This document shows, one piece after another, positions 52,341 through 64,000 of a stretch of 64,000 nucleotides of DNA. Both the position numbers and the translations under genes were made by a program. The stretch is from assembly GCA_947258825.1 (NCBI GenBank), contig CAMYJX010000004.1, positions 18,122-82,121 of the forward strand, read 5' to 3'. Position 1 is the first letter of the stretch, and each line of letters starts with the position of its first letter. The notes below the pieces were generated by a model. It was not told the origin of the DNA, ran no database searches, and saw only the letters and a list, made by a program, of their open reading frames with translations. The DNA is from an uncultured Pseudomonadales bacterium (GTDB taxonomy: Bacteria > Pseudomonadota > Gammaproteobacteria > Pseudomonadales > Azotimanducaceae).

Positions 52341-52763
52341 TCAATGCCGCCGCTTCTTGAGCTCTGCCAGGGTACGCTGCCGAGCCATGGCTTCCGCCAG
52401 CATGGCGGCGGCCGCGGAGAACTCGACGTCAGCGGTGCGCTCTTCCATGGCCCGCTGCGCCGCCGCCTGGGCCTCCTCCGCAGCGGCCTCATCGATGTCT
52501 TCCGCCCGCAGGGCCGTGTCGGCCAGAATGGTGACGACACCCGGCTGGATCTCGAGGAAGCCACCGGAAGCAAAGAAGACCTCTTCCTCGCCATTGTCGA
52601 ACTTGAGCCGCACCGGCCCGGGCCGGATGCCGGTGAGCAGCGGGGCATGGCCGGGCATGATGCCCAGCTCGCCGATGGTTCCGGTTGCACTAACCATGGT
52701 GACCCGGCCGGAAAAAATCTCCAGTTCCGCGCTCACGATGTCGCAATGCATGGTCATAGCCAT
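52341..52763 (-). CDS. atpC: F1 ATP synthase epsilon subunit
   Basis: 140 aa: MHCDIVSAELEIFSGRVTMVSATGTIGELGIMPGHAPLLT. Last gene of the atp operon. Confidence 0.95.
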   Translation of the reverse strand: MAMTMHCDIVSAELEIFSGRVTMVSATGTIGELGIMPGHAPLLTGIRPGPVRLKFDNGEEEVFFASGGFLEIQPGVVTILADTALRAEDIDEAAAEEAQAAAQRAMEERTADVEFSAAAAMLAEAMARQRTLAELKKRRH

Positions 52764-52777
52764 GGTCAGATTCTCCG

Positions 52778-54205
<1,428 letters not shown>

Positions 54206-55066
54206 CTAGACCGCGGCAGCGCCACCCACAATTTCCGCTATTTCCTGAGTGATCGCCGCCTGACGCGCATTGTTGTAAATGAGCGTCAGCTCTTCGATGA
54301 GCTTCTCGGCGTTCTCCGTGGCGTTCTTCATGGCGATCATCTTTGCCGCCTGCTCGCAAGCGCCGTTCTCGATGACGGCCTGATAGACCTGAGACTCGAT
54401 AAATCGCGTCACCAGCCCTTCGATGATCTGGCGCGCGTCCGGCTCGTAAATGTAGTCCCAGCGATGTTGATACGAGTCATCCTGCTCCGGCTCGAGGGGC
54501 AGCAGCTGGCGGGTGACCGGCGACTGCGTCATGGTGTTGACGAACTCGTTACTGATGATGAAGAGCCGGTCGATCTGGCCCGCTTCGTAGGCATCCAGCA
54601 TGACCCTGATGCCGCCGATCAGGCTCGACAGGGTTGGTACCTCACCGATATCCGTCAATTCCGCCAGCACGTTGCCACCGATGGAACGGAAAAAACGGCT
54701 GGCTTTGTTGCCGATCACGCCAAGATCGGATTCGACGCCCTGGTTGTGCCACTCGGCCATATCGCGAACCAGCACCCGGAACAGGTTTACGTTCAAACCA
54801 CCGCACAGGCCCTTGTCGGACGACACCACCACATAGCCGATACGCTTGACGTCTCTAGGCTCCATGTAGGTGTGGCGGTACTCGGGGTTTGAATTCGCCA
54901 GGTGGCCGATCACCGAACGAATCTTTTCGGAGTACGGCTTGCCCTGGCGCATGCGTTCCTGAGTGCGGCGCATCTTGCTCGCTGCCACCATCTGCATCGC
55001 GCTGGTGATCTTCTGCGTGTTCTGCACGCTGCCGATCTTCTTCTTGATCTCTCTACCGACGGCCAT
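54206..55066 (-). CDS. atpG: F1 ATP synthase gamma subunit
   Basis: [34 protein letters not shown]... with C-terminal [22 protein letters not shown]. Confidence 0.95.
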   Translation of the reverse strand: MAVGREIKKKIGSVQNTQKITSAMQMVAASKMRRTQERMRQGKPYSEKIRSVIGHLANSNPEYRHTYMEPRDVKRIGYVVVSSDKGLCGGLNVNLFRVLVRDMAEWHNQGVESDLGVIGNKASRFFRSIGGNVLAELTDIGEVPTLSSLIGGIRVMLDAYEAGQIDRLFIISNEFVNTMTQSPVTRQLLPLEPEQDDSYQHRWDYIYEPDARQIIEGLVTRFIESQVYQAVIENGACEQAAKMIAMKNATENAEKLIEELTLIYNNARQAAITQEIAEIVGGAAAV

Positions 55067-55100
55067 GAATCTTCCCTGTAGCTGTTAGCGCGTCCGCCAG

Positions 55101-56645
55101 CTAGAAGCTGGCCGTGGCCTTGTAAGCCTCGATGGCCTGCTTCATCTGGGCGACGACTTCGTCGTTGTAGTCACCAGACGCATTGACGTTCTGCATGAAC
55201 TCGGCCTGCTCGGTATTCATATAACCCAGCAGCCCCTGCTCGAAGTCCAGAACCCGGTCTACCGGCACGTCTTCCAGATAACCTTCGTTCGCAGCAAACA
55301 GCGAGACGCCCATATCGGCGACCGTCATCGGGTTGTACTGCTTCTGCTTCATCAGCTCGGTGACGCGCTGACCGTGTTCCAGCTGACGCCGGGTAGCCTC
55401 GTCCAGGTCGGAGGCGAACTGGGAGAAGGCGGCTAGCTCTCGATACTGCGCCAGGGCCAGCTTGATTCCGCCCGAGATCTTCTTCATGAACGGCACCTGG
55501 GCCGAACCCCCAACCCGTGATACGGAGATACCCGGGCTCATGGCAGGCCGAATGCCCGAATTGAACAGGTCGATCTCGAGAAAGATCTGACCATCGGTAA
55601 TGGAGATCACGTTGGTAGGAACGAAAGCCGAGACGTCACCCGCCTGAGTCTCGATGATGGGCAGAGCCGTCAGCGAGCCCGTTTTACCTTTTACCTCGCC
55701 GTTGGTCATCTGCTCCACATACTCGGCGTTCACCCGGGCAGCTCGCTCGAGCAGACGGGAGTGCAGGTAGAAAACGTCGCCGGGATAAGCTTCTCTACCC
55801 GGGGGGCGCCGCAACAGCAGAGAGATCTGACGATACGCCCAAGCCTGCTTGGTGAGGTCGTCGTAGATGATCAGGGCGTCCTCGCCGATATCACGGAAGT
55901 ACTCGCCCATGGAGCAGCCCGAGTACGGGGCGATGAACTGCATGGGCGCCGGATCGGCGGCGCTGGCGGCCACCACCGTCGTGTACTCCATTGCGCCGTA
56001 TTCTTCCAGCGTGCGGACAATGTTGGCGACGGTGGACATCTTCTGGCCGATGGCAACGTAGATGCACTTAATGCCGCTGCCTTTCTGGTTGATGATGGCA
56101 TCGATGGCGATGGCCGTCTTGCCGATCTGCCGATCGCCGATAATCAGCTCTCTCTGGCCTCGGCCAATGGGCACCATGGAGTCGATACACTTGAGCCCAA
56201 TCTGTACCGGCTGGTCGACGGACTGGCGAGCAATAACGCCAGGTGCCACTTTCTCGATGGGTTCGCTACGGGAGGCATTCAGCGGCCCCTTGCCATCGAT
56301 GGGGTTCCCAAGGGCGTCCACTACTCTGCCCAGAAGCTCCTGACCTACGGGCACCTCGAGAATCCGCCCGGTGCAGCGCGCCGTCATGCCCTCGGACAGA
56401 TCCTGATAGTCCCCCAGAACAACCACGCCCACGGAATCGCGCTCCAGATTGAGCGCCATGCCGTAGAGGCCGCCGGTAAACTCGATCATCTCGCCGTACT
56501 GGGCATCTGCCAGGCCGTGAATGCGGACGATGCCGTCGGATACGCCGACGATGGTGCCTTCGTTCTGAGCCTCTGCACTAACATCGAGACTTTCGATCCG
56601 TCCCTTGATGATGTCGGTGATTTCAGAAGGGTTCAGTTGCTGCAT
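55101..56645 (-). CDS. atpA: F1 ATP synthase alpha subunit
   Basis: [60 protein letters not shown]. 514 aa. Confidence 0.97.
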   Translation of the reverse strand: MQQLNPSEITDIIKGRIESLDVSAEAQNEGTIVGVSDGIVRIHGLADAQYGEMIEFTGGLYGMALNLERDSVGVVVLGDYQDLSEGMTARCTGRILEVPVGQELLGRVVDALGNPIDGKGPLNASRSEPIEKVAPGVIARQSVDQPVQIGLKCIDSMVPIGRGQRELIIGDRQIGKTAIAIDAIINQKGSGIKCIYVAIGQKMSTVANIVRTLEEYGAMEYTTVVAASAADPAPMQFIAPYSGCSMGEYFRDIGEDALIIYDDLTKQAWAYRQISLLLRRPPGREAYPGDVFYLHSRLLERAARVNAEYVEQMTNGEVKGKTGSLTALPIIETQAGDVSAFVPTNVISITDGQIFLEIDLFNSGIRPAMSPGISVSRVGGSAQVPFMKKISGGIKLALAQYRELAAFSQFASDLDEATRRQLEHGQRVTELMKQKQYNPMTVADMGVSLFAANEGYLEDVPVDRVLDFEQGLLGYMNTEQAEFMQNVNASGDYNDEVVAQMKQAIEAYKATASF

Positions 56646-56761
56646 GTTGGAATCCTCAGTTTTTCAAAGCCAGTCGGGCGATGGATCGTCCGCACAGCCA
56701 AATTCCTTTCTCTGGGGCACCGCTCCAGCTCGAGAGAGGTGCGATCAATCTTTATAGCCCG

Positions 56762-57301
56762 TCAGGTTCGCTGCAGCGTCTCGGCAAGCCTGTCCAGCTT
56801 GCCCCGCACCGAGCCGTCGATAACCGTATCCCCGGCCCGGATTACGGCCCCGCCAAGCAGCTGCTCATCTACGCGGCTGGACATGTTCACTTCCCGCTGG
56901 TAACGGTCAGCCAACGCGGAGCGTATCTTGCCTTCCTGCTCAGCCGATAGCGCGCGAGCCGAAACGACTTCGACCTCCAGCACCTTTTCGTCCTGCGCCT
57001 TGAGCTCTTCAAACTGATCCCGTATTTCACCAATCAGGCCCAGCCGCTTGTTGCGAGCCAGCACCTGGATCATTTTCCTGGCGCGATCATCGAGCGCATC
57101 ACCACAGACAGCCGCCAGACGAAAAGCCTTCTGCTCGTCCGCCGTGTCGGGCGCCTCCAGAAGCTGGCTCACGCCGGGGTCCGCGGCGACCTCCCCAAGC
57201 AACCCGAGCATCCGGGACCAGCTGTCGAGCGCGCCGGCCCCTTTGGCGATGTCGAACACCGCGTTGGCATAGGGCCTGGCAAGTGTGGCCAGTTCAGCCA
57301 T
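56762..57301 (-). CDS. atpH: F1 ATP synthase delta subunit
   Basis: MAELATLARPYANAVFDIA..., an OSCP/delta pattern of 179 aa, lying between atpF and atpA. Confidence 0.92.
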   Translation of the reverse strand: MAELATLARPYANAVFDIAKGAGALDSWSRMLGLLGEVAADPGVSQLLEAPDTADEQKAFRLAAVCGDALDDRARKMIQVLARNKRLGLIGEIRDQFEELKAQDEKVLEVEVVSARALSAEQEGKIRSALADRYQREVNMSSRVDEQLLGGAVIRAGDTVIDGSVRGKLDRLAETLQRT

Positions 57302-57314
57302 GGGTCAGCACTCC

Positions 57315-57785
57315 TTAAAGGTCAGACGCCAGCTGCTGCAGCAGCTGGTTGTGCTTGTCAGCATCAATGGTGGCGCCAAGCACCCGCTCCGCGCCGACGA
57401 GCGCCAGAGTAGCTACTTGACCTCGCAGCGCCTCTTTGGCGCGGTTTACTTCCTGCTCCAGCTCTGCCGCCTGGGCCTCTTTGAGTCTTTCGCCTTCGGC
57501 GCGGGCATCGTTCTTCGCGGCCTCTATCATCTGGTTGGCCTGATGCCGCGCCTGTTCGATGATCTTCTGGGCTTCTTCTTTGGCATCGCGCAGCTGGTCG
57601 GTTGCGCGATCTTGAGCCAGCTCGAGATCCCGTTCCGCCCGCTCCGCGGCAGCCAGGCCATCGGCAATGGCCTTCTGACGTTCACGCATGGCGTTGATTA
57701 ACGGCGGCCAGATGAACTTCCAGCAGAACCAGACGAACACCAGGAAGGTTAGGCTCTGGCCGATCAGCGTCAGGTTGAGTGTCAT
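57315..57785 (-). CDS. atpF: Fo ATP synthase subunit b
   Basis: An N-terminal TM (LTLIGQSLTFLVFVWFCWKFIWPPL) followed by a long charged helix. 156 aa. Confidence 0.92.
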   Translation of the reverse strand: MTLNLTLIGQSLTFLVFVWFCWKFIWPPLINAMRERQKAIADGLAAAERAERDLELAQDRATDQLRDAKEEAQKIIEQARHQANQMIEAAKNDARAEGERLKEAQAAELEQEVNRAKEALRGQVATLALVGAERVLGATIDADKHNQLLQQLASDL

Positions 57786-57812
57786 GGGGTTACCTCAATC
57801 GAAATTCGACGA

Positions 57813-58061
<249 letters not shown>

Positions 58062-58109
58062 TTATGAGTATGAGTTGCTTTTACCCTTTCGGATTTCTGC
58101 GCTATTGCC

Positions 58110-59050
<941 letters not shown>

Positions 59051-59074
59051 GCTCAGGGCTTTTCCGTTCCGCTA

Positions 59075-59419
59075 TCACCGTCCCAGCCGATTATCTGCAC
59101 GCCCCAGGGCGCCAAAAATGTACATGATCTGCATCAGTACCAGCGTCGAAAAAAAGCCGAACGGAGGCGGCTTGAACCACACGAAAGCCACCGCCATGAG
59201 CACCACGGTCAGCACGAACTTGATCATGCCCTGACCCAGCAGCCGACCCGGAGATCGTTCCACCTGCGCTCTCCAGGCCAGATATCCGCCGGGAATCACC
59301 CCGACGGCCCCTGCCAGGAGCGCGGCTGTGGCCTCCTCAACGGACAGCAGCAGCAAACACGCCGCAGCGATCATTGCTGCGCAGGCCTGCAGTGTCACTA
59401 TGCGATAAGACAGCGGCAC
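59075..59419 (-). CDS. atpI: ATP synthase protein I (AtpI)
   Basis: 114-aa small hydrophobic protein with a GTG start, first gene of the operon upstream of atpB. Family assignment rests mainly on position and topology. Confidence 0.75.
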   Translation of the reverse strand: MPLSYRIVTLQACAAMIAAACLLLLSVEEATAALLAGAVGVIPGGYLAWRAQVERSPGRLLGQGMIKFVLTVVLMAVAFVWFKPPPFGFFSTLVLMQIMYIFGALGRADNRLGR

Positions 59420-59531
59420 CAGACCATTGCCTACACCGGCCGAAGTATTGTTCTACTAGGTCCGGAACCTATGCCCGGAACGGGCTCTTTCCGCTCGATC
59501 GGCCGATCTCACCGCCGGAAAGGCGGCGCAA

Positions 59532-59560
59532 ATTATAGGGATGCCGCACCGCACAATCAA
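59532..59560 (-). promoter_or_regulatory. Candidate sigma-70 promoter of the atp operon
   Basis: The minus strand reads TTGATT, a 17-nt spacer, then TATAAT (consensus -10), in the parB-atpI gap about 110 nt upstream of the atpI start. Confidence 0.5.
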
Positions 59561-59606
59561 TTGCAAGGGGACGCTAATTTGCCCTCAGAGGCATCGTCGG
59601 GGAAAC

Positions 59607-60479
59607 CTATCGGAGGTGCTTGAGAATGCCCTGCAGCTCATCGAGGTTGGTATAGGCGATAACCACCTGGCCTCTGCCCGCTGCGCCATGGGATATGCTC
59701 ACCGGCGCGCCGATGCGCTCGGACAACTCCTGCTCGAGACGCCGGGTATCCTGGTCCTTTCCGGGCTTTCCGGAGCGACCGCCGGTCGGTGAACGTTCCT
59801 TGTCGTGGGAACGATTCTGATGCTGGCGAACCAGAGCCTCGGTCTGGCGCACCGAAAGATGCCGCATGGCGACCTCCCGTGCCAGGCTTTCCTGGTCAGT
59901 TGGAGACAGAGACAGAAGCGCCCTGGCATGCCCCATTTCGATGTCGCCAGACTGAAGCAGCTGCCGCACCTGCGGCACCAGGTTCAACAGCCGAAGCAGG
60001 TTCGTCACCGCCACCCTGGATTTACCTACGGCATCTGCTACCTGTTGCTGAGTGAGCTGAAACTCGTCTTTGAGCCGCTGCAGAGCGAAGGCCTCCTCCA
60101 GCGGGTTCAGGTCCTCCCGCTGAATGTTCTCAATGAGCGCCATTGCCGAGGCCTGCTCATCGGAAACGTCCTTGATCATTGCGGGAATATTGGTCAGGCC
60201 TGCCAGCTGGGCCGCCCGCCAGCGGCGCTCGCCGGCAATCAGCTCGTACCCTCCCTGGGGCCGGCGGCGAACAACCACCGGCTGCATGACGCCCTGGGCA
60301 CGGATCGAGGCGGCAAGCTCTTCCAGGCTCTGCTCGTCGAACTCGCGACGCGGCTGGTATCGGCCCCGGACCACCTGGTCCAGGGGCAGCTCATTGAGGT
60401 CGGCGGGAGATTCAGGGCTGGCCTCGGTATCTCCTGCCAGCAGCGCATCCAGTCCCCGACCCAGTCGCCTCTTACTCAC
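59607..60479 (-). CDS. parB: Chromosome partitioning protein ParB (Spo0J)
   Basis: SKRRLGRGLDALL..., GERRWRAAQLAGL (ParB box) and an HTH region. 290 aa, GTG start. Confidence 0.93.
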   Translation of the reverse strand: MSKRRLGRGLDALLAGDTEASPESPADLNELPLDQVVRGRYQPRREFDEQSLEELAASIRAQGVMQPVVVRRRPQGGYELIAGERRWRAAQLAGLTNIPAMIKDVSDEQASAMALIENIQREDLNPLEEAFALQRLKDEFQLTQQQVADAVGKSRVAVTNLLRLLNLVPQVRQLLQSGDIEMGHARALLSLSPTDQESLAREVAMRHLSVRQTEALVRQHQNRSHDKERSPTGGRSGKPGKDQDTRRLEQELSERIGAPVSISHGAAGRGQVVIAYTNLDELQGILKHLR

Positions 60480-60492
60480 GATACGCAGTCAC

Positions 60493-61266
60493 TCAGCTCG
60501 CCGTGGCGCCATGCTTGCGCCGTATTTCCCCCGCCAGCGCCATATAGGCCACGGCACCTCGCGAATGCCGGTCATAGAGAACGGCCGGCAGCCCGTGGCT
60601 GGGCGCTTCTGCGAGTCGCACGTTGCGGGGTATCACGGTCCGAAACACCTTGTCTCCGAAGTACTGGATCAGCTGTCTCGAAACATCCCGCGTCAGGCTG
60701 TTGCGCGGATCATACATGGTTCGCAGGAGGCCCTCTATGTCGAGGCCCGGATTGGCCCGCTCGCGCACGCCGTCGATGGTTTCGAGAAGGGCGGTAAGGC
60801 CTTCCAGCGCGTAGTACTCGCACTGCATGGGTATGAGCACCCCATCAGCCGCTATGAGGGCGTTGAGCGTGAGGATGTTCAGAGACGGCGGACAGTCGAT
60901 GATCACGTAGTCGAACTGATCCAGATTCGGACTCAGCCGTTCTTTGAGCCGCTGCTCACGATGATCCTGGCGCAAAAGCTCCAGCTCTGCCGCCGTAAGA
61001 TCGGCGTTACCGGGCAAGATTTCGTATCCGGCCTGGCAGCGATGAGCCACGCCAGCCAAAGCCACGCCGTCAATCAGCCAGTCATAGATGCTGGCTTCCA
61101 GCTCGTTCTTGTTGACCCCGGACCCCATGGTCGCGTTGCCCTGTGGATCCAGATCGATGAGCAGCACTTTGCTCCCCGATAGCGACAGAGAGGCGCTGAG
61201 GTTGACGCTGGTGGTCGTTTTGCCAACCCCCCCTTTCTGGTTAGCCACTGCAATGATTCTGGTCAA
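60493..61266 (-). CDS. parA: Chromosome partitioning ATPase ParA (Soj)
   Basis: IIAVANQKGGVGKTTTSVNLSASL (deviant Walker A), DLDPQGNAT. 257 aa, TTG start with an in-frame stop just upstream. Confidence 0.93.
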   Translation of the reverse strand: MTRIIAVANQKGGVGKTTTSVNLSASLSLSGSKVLLIDLDPQGNATMGSGVNKNELEASIYDWLIDGVALAGVAHRCQAGYEILPGNADLTAAELELLRQDHREQRLKERLSPNLDQFDYVIIDCPPSLNILTLNALIAADGVLIPMQCEYYALEGLTALLETIDGVRERANPGLDIEGLLRTMYDPRNSLTRDVSRQLIQYFGDKVFRTVIPRNVRLAEAPSHGLPAVLYDRHSRGAVAYMALAGEIRRKHGATAS

Positions 61267-61276
61267 GGCTTAGCCC

Positions 61277-62047
61277 TCATTCGGCCGTATCAGGTTCGGC
61301 AGCCCTCATCAGAACATCCAGGCGATGGGTTCTATTGAGCCGGGGAATCCGCAAGTACTCGCGCGTCAGATGCCTGCTTCCCTCGGGAGCTTCCTCTTTC
61401 GCTTCCTCTGGGGCTTCCTCCGGAGATCCCTCCGGATAAACCAGATGAGGGGTCCCGGGGGCGCCCACGGAGGCGCTGTTTTGAATCGGAAAATCTTCGG
61501 ATGAGGCGCGTTCCTCACTGCCGGTACTGGCCATGATCAACAGCCGGCCACCCTCGCGCAACCTCGGCGCCGCCAACCGCCAGTTTGTCTCCGCGTCCGC
61601 CACCGCTCTGGAAACAATGCAATCATACCGCGTACCCTGAGGCAGCTCCCGCACGTCGGCACAGATGGGGTGGACGTTTTCGAGCCCAAGCGCGCGCTTC
61701 ACCTGAGTGACGAAGCGAATTTTTCTCTCAGACCGGTCCAGCGGCGTGAACTGCTGATCACGAAGACAGATGGCCAGGGGTATGCCGGGAAGACCACCGC
61801 CGGTACCCATATCGAGCACTGAGAATCCCTGTACCCAGGGGGCGATGCTCAAGCTGTCCAGGAGATGTCTCGTCGTCAGACGCGATTCATCCTTGCGGGA
61901 AATGATGTTGAAGGCCTGGTTCCAGCGCAGCAGTAGCTTCTCGAACTGCGACAGCTGAAGCAGCTGCTCATCGTCCAGCGCCAGGCCAAGCAGGGACGCG
62001 TCCACCCGCAGCTGGCGCAGCAGGATCTCATCATCCACCTCGACCAC
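61277..62047 (-). CDS. rsmG: 16S rRNA (guanine527-N7)-methyltransferase RsmG (GidB) with a low-complexity insertion
   Basis: [25 protein letters not shown]...[17 protein letters not shown]...DCIVSRAVA. It is 256 aa versus 207 aa in E. coli RsmG. Its start overlaps the mnmG stop. Confidence 0.9.
   Translation of the reverse strand: MVEVDDEILLRQLRVDASLLGLALDDEQLLQLSQFEKLLLRWNQAFNIISRKDESRLTTRHLLDSLSIAPWVQGFSVLDMGTGGGLPGIPLAICLRDQQFTPLDRSERKIRFVTQVKRALGLENVHPICADVRELPQGTRYDCIVSRAVADAETNWRLAAPRLREGGRLLIMASTGSEERASSEDFPIQNSASVGAPGTPHLVYPEGSPEEAPEEAKEEAPEGSRHLTREYLRIPRLNRTHRLDVLMRAAEPDTAE
61385..61420. repeat. In-frame tandem repeat inside rsmG: 3 copies of a 12-bp unit (nnnGCTTCCTC)
   Basis: Read directly: gggagcttcctc tttcgcttcctc tggggcttcctc. 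It encodes [13 protein letters not shown] on the minus strand. Confidence 0.85.
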
Positions 62048-63941
62048 GAGCTCGGGCGTCTTCGCGCCCGTCCGTTCGGCGCGCTTTTCTGGCGTGCACC
62101 AGAAGCAGCGACAAAGCCGCGGGGGTCATTCCGGGAATGCGTGCGGCCCGTGCAAGGGTAGCGGGCTTAACCTGCTGCAGCTTCTGACGCACCTCCAGAG
62201 AGAGCCCCTCGATCTCCGAAAAATTCATCGACTCGGGCAGCTCGATGCTTTCGTGGCGTCTGACACGGGCGATCTCGTCGTCCTGACGCTTGATGTAGCC
62301 CTCGTATTTGGCTTCCACCTCTACCTGATTCATGACCACGGGGTCTACCGTGCCAAGATCCAGAACATCCGCCAGGTCAGAGAGACCGACGCCCGGTCTC
62401 TTGAGAAATCCGATCAGCGAAACGTCCCTGGCGATGCTTTCCCCGGTTGCTGCCGCGAGCGCCTTGGCGAGGGGGCTGTCCGCGACCACGGTGGTGCCCG
62501 CCAGGCGCTTCCCGAGCGCCTCGACGCTGGCCCGCTTCGCCTGGAACCGCTGCCAGCGCTCATCTCCCACCACCCCGAGCTCGCGTCCGATGTCCGTCAA
62601 CCGCTGATCCGCGTTGTCTTCCCGGAGGCGAAGCCGATATTCGGCCCTGCTGGTAAACATGCGATAGGGCTCGTTGGTGCCAAGGTTGATCAGATCGTCC
62701 ACCAGCACGCCGCAATAGGCTTCATCACGGCGCGGGCACCAGGATTCCCGCCCGGCCACTTTCCGCGCCGCGTTGATCCCTGCCAGCAGGCCCTGAGCAG
62801 CCGCCTCTTCATAACCCGTGGTGCCATTGATCTGCCCGGCGAAGAACAACCCCTCGAGGGACGAGGTCTCAAGCGTGTACTGAAGGTCACGAGGGTCGAA
62901 ATAGTCATACTCAATCGCGTAGCCGGGGCGCGTGATGCTGGCTTTCTCCATGCCCTGGATGCTGCGCACCAGCTGCAGCTGAACATCGAACGGCAAGCTG
63001 GTGGAAATGCCGTTGGGATAAACTTCGTGGGTATCCAGGCCCTCGGGCTCAATGAAAATCTGATGCTTAAGGCGATCGGCAAAGCGCACTACCTTGTCTT
63101 CGATGCTGGGGCAGTATCGCGGGCCAACCCCTTCTATGGCGCCGGAAAACAGCGGCGAGCGATCGAGGCCCGCGCGAATGATTTCGTGGGTGCGCTCGTT
63201 GGTAAAGGTGGTGTGGCAGGGACGCTGACGCGGATGCATGTCTGACGTGCTCAGGAATGACATACAGGGCAGGGGATCATCACCAGGTTGAATCCCCATG
63301 ACCGAGTAATCCAGGCTCCGACCGTCAATCCTCGGCGGGGTACCCGTTTTCAGCCGACCTACCCGGAACGGCAGGCTTCGCAATCTCGCAGCCAAAGCGT
63401 TGGAAGGGGCATCTCCAGCCCGGCCACCCGGGTGGTTGTCCGTTCCGATGTGTATCAAGCCGCCAAGAAAGGTTCCCGTTGTAAGCACGACGGCCCCGGC
63501 CATGAACCTCACCCCCATCTGAGTGACGACGCCGACGACCCGGTCATTCTCTACGATCAGGTCCACAACAGCCTGCTGAAAAAGATGCAGGTTTTCCTGG
63601 GCTTCCAGCTGGGCGCGGATGGCCTGCCTGTACAGAACCCTGTCCGCCTGAGCCCGGGTAGCGCGAACTGCGGGCCCTTTGCTGGCGTTGAGCACACGAA
63701 ACTGAATGCCCGCGAGATCAGCCGCGCGCGCCATGATGCCATCCAGAGCGTCGATCTCCCGAACCAGGTGGCTCTTGCCGATGCCGCCAATAGCTGGATT
63801 GCAGGACATCTGGCCGATGGTCTCCAGGCTTTGAGTCAGCAGCAGGGTGTTGGCGCCCATCCGCGCGGCAGCGGCAGCTGCTTCGCAACCCGCATGGCCG
63901 CCGCCGATCACGATGACATCAAAGCTGTCGGGAAACTCCAT
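62031..63941 (-). CDS. mnmG: tRNA uridine 5-carboxymethylaminomethyl modification enzyme MnmG (GidA)
   Basis: [23 protein letters not shown] (FAD motif). The 636-aa protein follows the MnmG pattern throughout. Confidence 0.96.
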   Translation of the reverse strand: MEFPDSFDVIVIGGGHAGCEAAAAAARMGANTLLLTQSLETIGQMSCNPAIGGIGKSHLVREIDALDGIMARAADLAGIQFRVLNASKGPAVRATRAQADRVLYRQAIRAQLEAQENLHLFQQAVVDLIVENDRVVGVVTQMGVRFMAGAVVLTTGTFLGGLIHIGTDNHPGGRAGDAPSNALAARLRSLPFRVGRLKTGTPPRIDGRSLDYSVMGIQPGDDPLPCMSFLSTSDMHPRQRPCHTTFTNERTHEIIRAGLDRSPLFSGAIEGVGPRYCPSIEDKVVRFADRLKHQIFIEPEGLDTHEVYPNGISTSLPFDVQLQLVRSIQGMEKASITRPGYAIEYDYFDPRDLQYTLETSSLEGLFFAGQINGTTGYEEAAAQGLLAGINAARKVAGRESWCPRRDEAYCGVLVDDLINLGTNEPYRMFTSRAEYRLRLREDNADQRLTDIGRELGVVGDERWQRFQAKRASVEALGKRLAGTTVVADSPLAKALAAATGESIARDVSLIGFLKRPGVGLSDLADVLDLGTVDPVVMNQVEVEAKYEGYIKRQDDEIARVRRHESIELPESMNFSEIEGLSLEVRQKLQQVKPATLARAARIPGMTPAALSLLLVHARKARRTDGREDARARGRGG

Positions 63942-64000
63942 AACTGGTCTGCTGAACCGGGCTGAATTTGGGGCAGCGAAGTATAAGTGTTCGGGCGCCG

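Noticed and set aside
59458-59468. AGGTCCGGAAC, reminiscent of the conserved SRP (4.5S) RNA core, in the parB-atpI gap
   Set aside because: The match breaks after GGTCCGGAA and no surrounding helix 8 pairing is present. The gap is better explained by the atp promoter and leader.

Overview
This is a 64-kb stretch of a high-GC (roughly 60%) gammaproteobacterial chromosome. It is almost entirely core housekeeping genes, packed tightly with many ATGA or 4-nt start/stop overlaps. Gene order follows the origin-proximal blocks known from Pseudomonas. Block 1: pilJ-pilI-pilH-pilG / gshB-tonB3-like-yqgE-ruvX / pilU-pilT / yggS-proC-yggT-metX-metW-DUF4426-rdgB-hemW / trmB-DUF423-rpoH-ftsX-ftsE-ftsY. 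Block 2: rsmD-coaD / mutM-rpmG-rpmB-radC / coaBC-algC-argB-slmA / pyrE-rph / yicC-gmk-rpoZ-spoT-ridA-recG-sadB-like. A more variable segment follows: a DAACS transporter, rubredoxin, ubiA, and a TRAP transporter with an amidohydrolase and a crotonase. The window ends with uvrD, one hypothetical gene, and glmS-glmU-atpCDGAHFEBI-parB-parA-rsmG-mnmG. I support 67 CDS. Two of them are under 60 aa and absent from the ORF track (rpmG, rubredoxin), and one is a 5' gene fragment at the left edge (pilJ). I found no rRNA, tRNA, IS element, prophage, integron, CRISPR array, toxin-antitoxin pair or recognisable defence genes. I therefore do not claim a new multi-gene system here. The observations most worth a second look are listed below.
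- A phosphomannomutase (AlgC) is fused in frame to a 445-aa two-TM, sensor-like N-terminal module.
- The PilJ chemoreceptor has only an 11-residue loop where the periplasmic ligand-binding domain should be.
- A split TRAP transporter is translationally coupled to an amidohydrolase and flanked by a crotonase.
- rsmD appears to be 3'-truncated.
- Tandem repeats with 10-12 bp units recur both between genes and in frame inside housekeeping genes (radC, rsmG, crotonase).
All function calls rest on my own recognition of translated sequence and on synteny; no database search was run.
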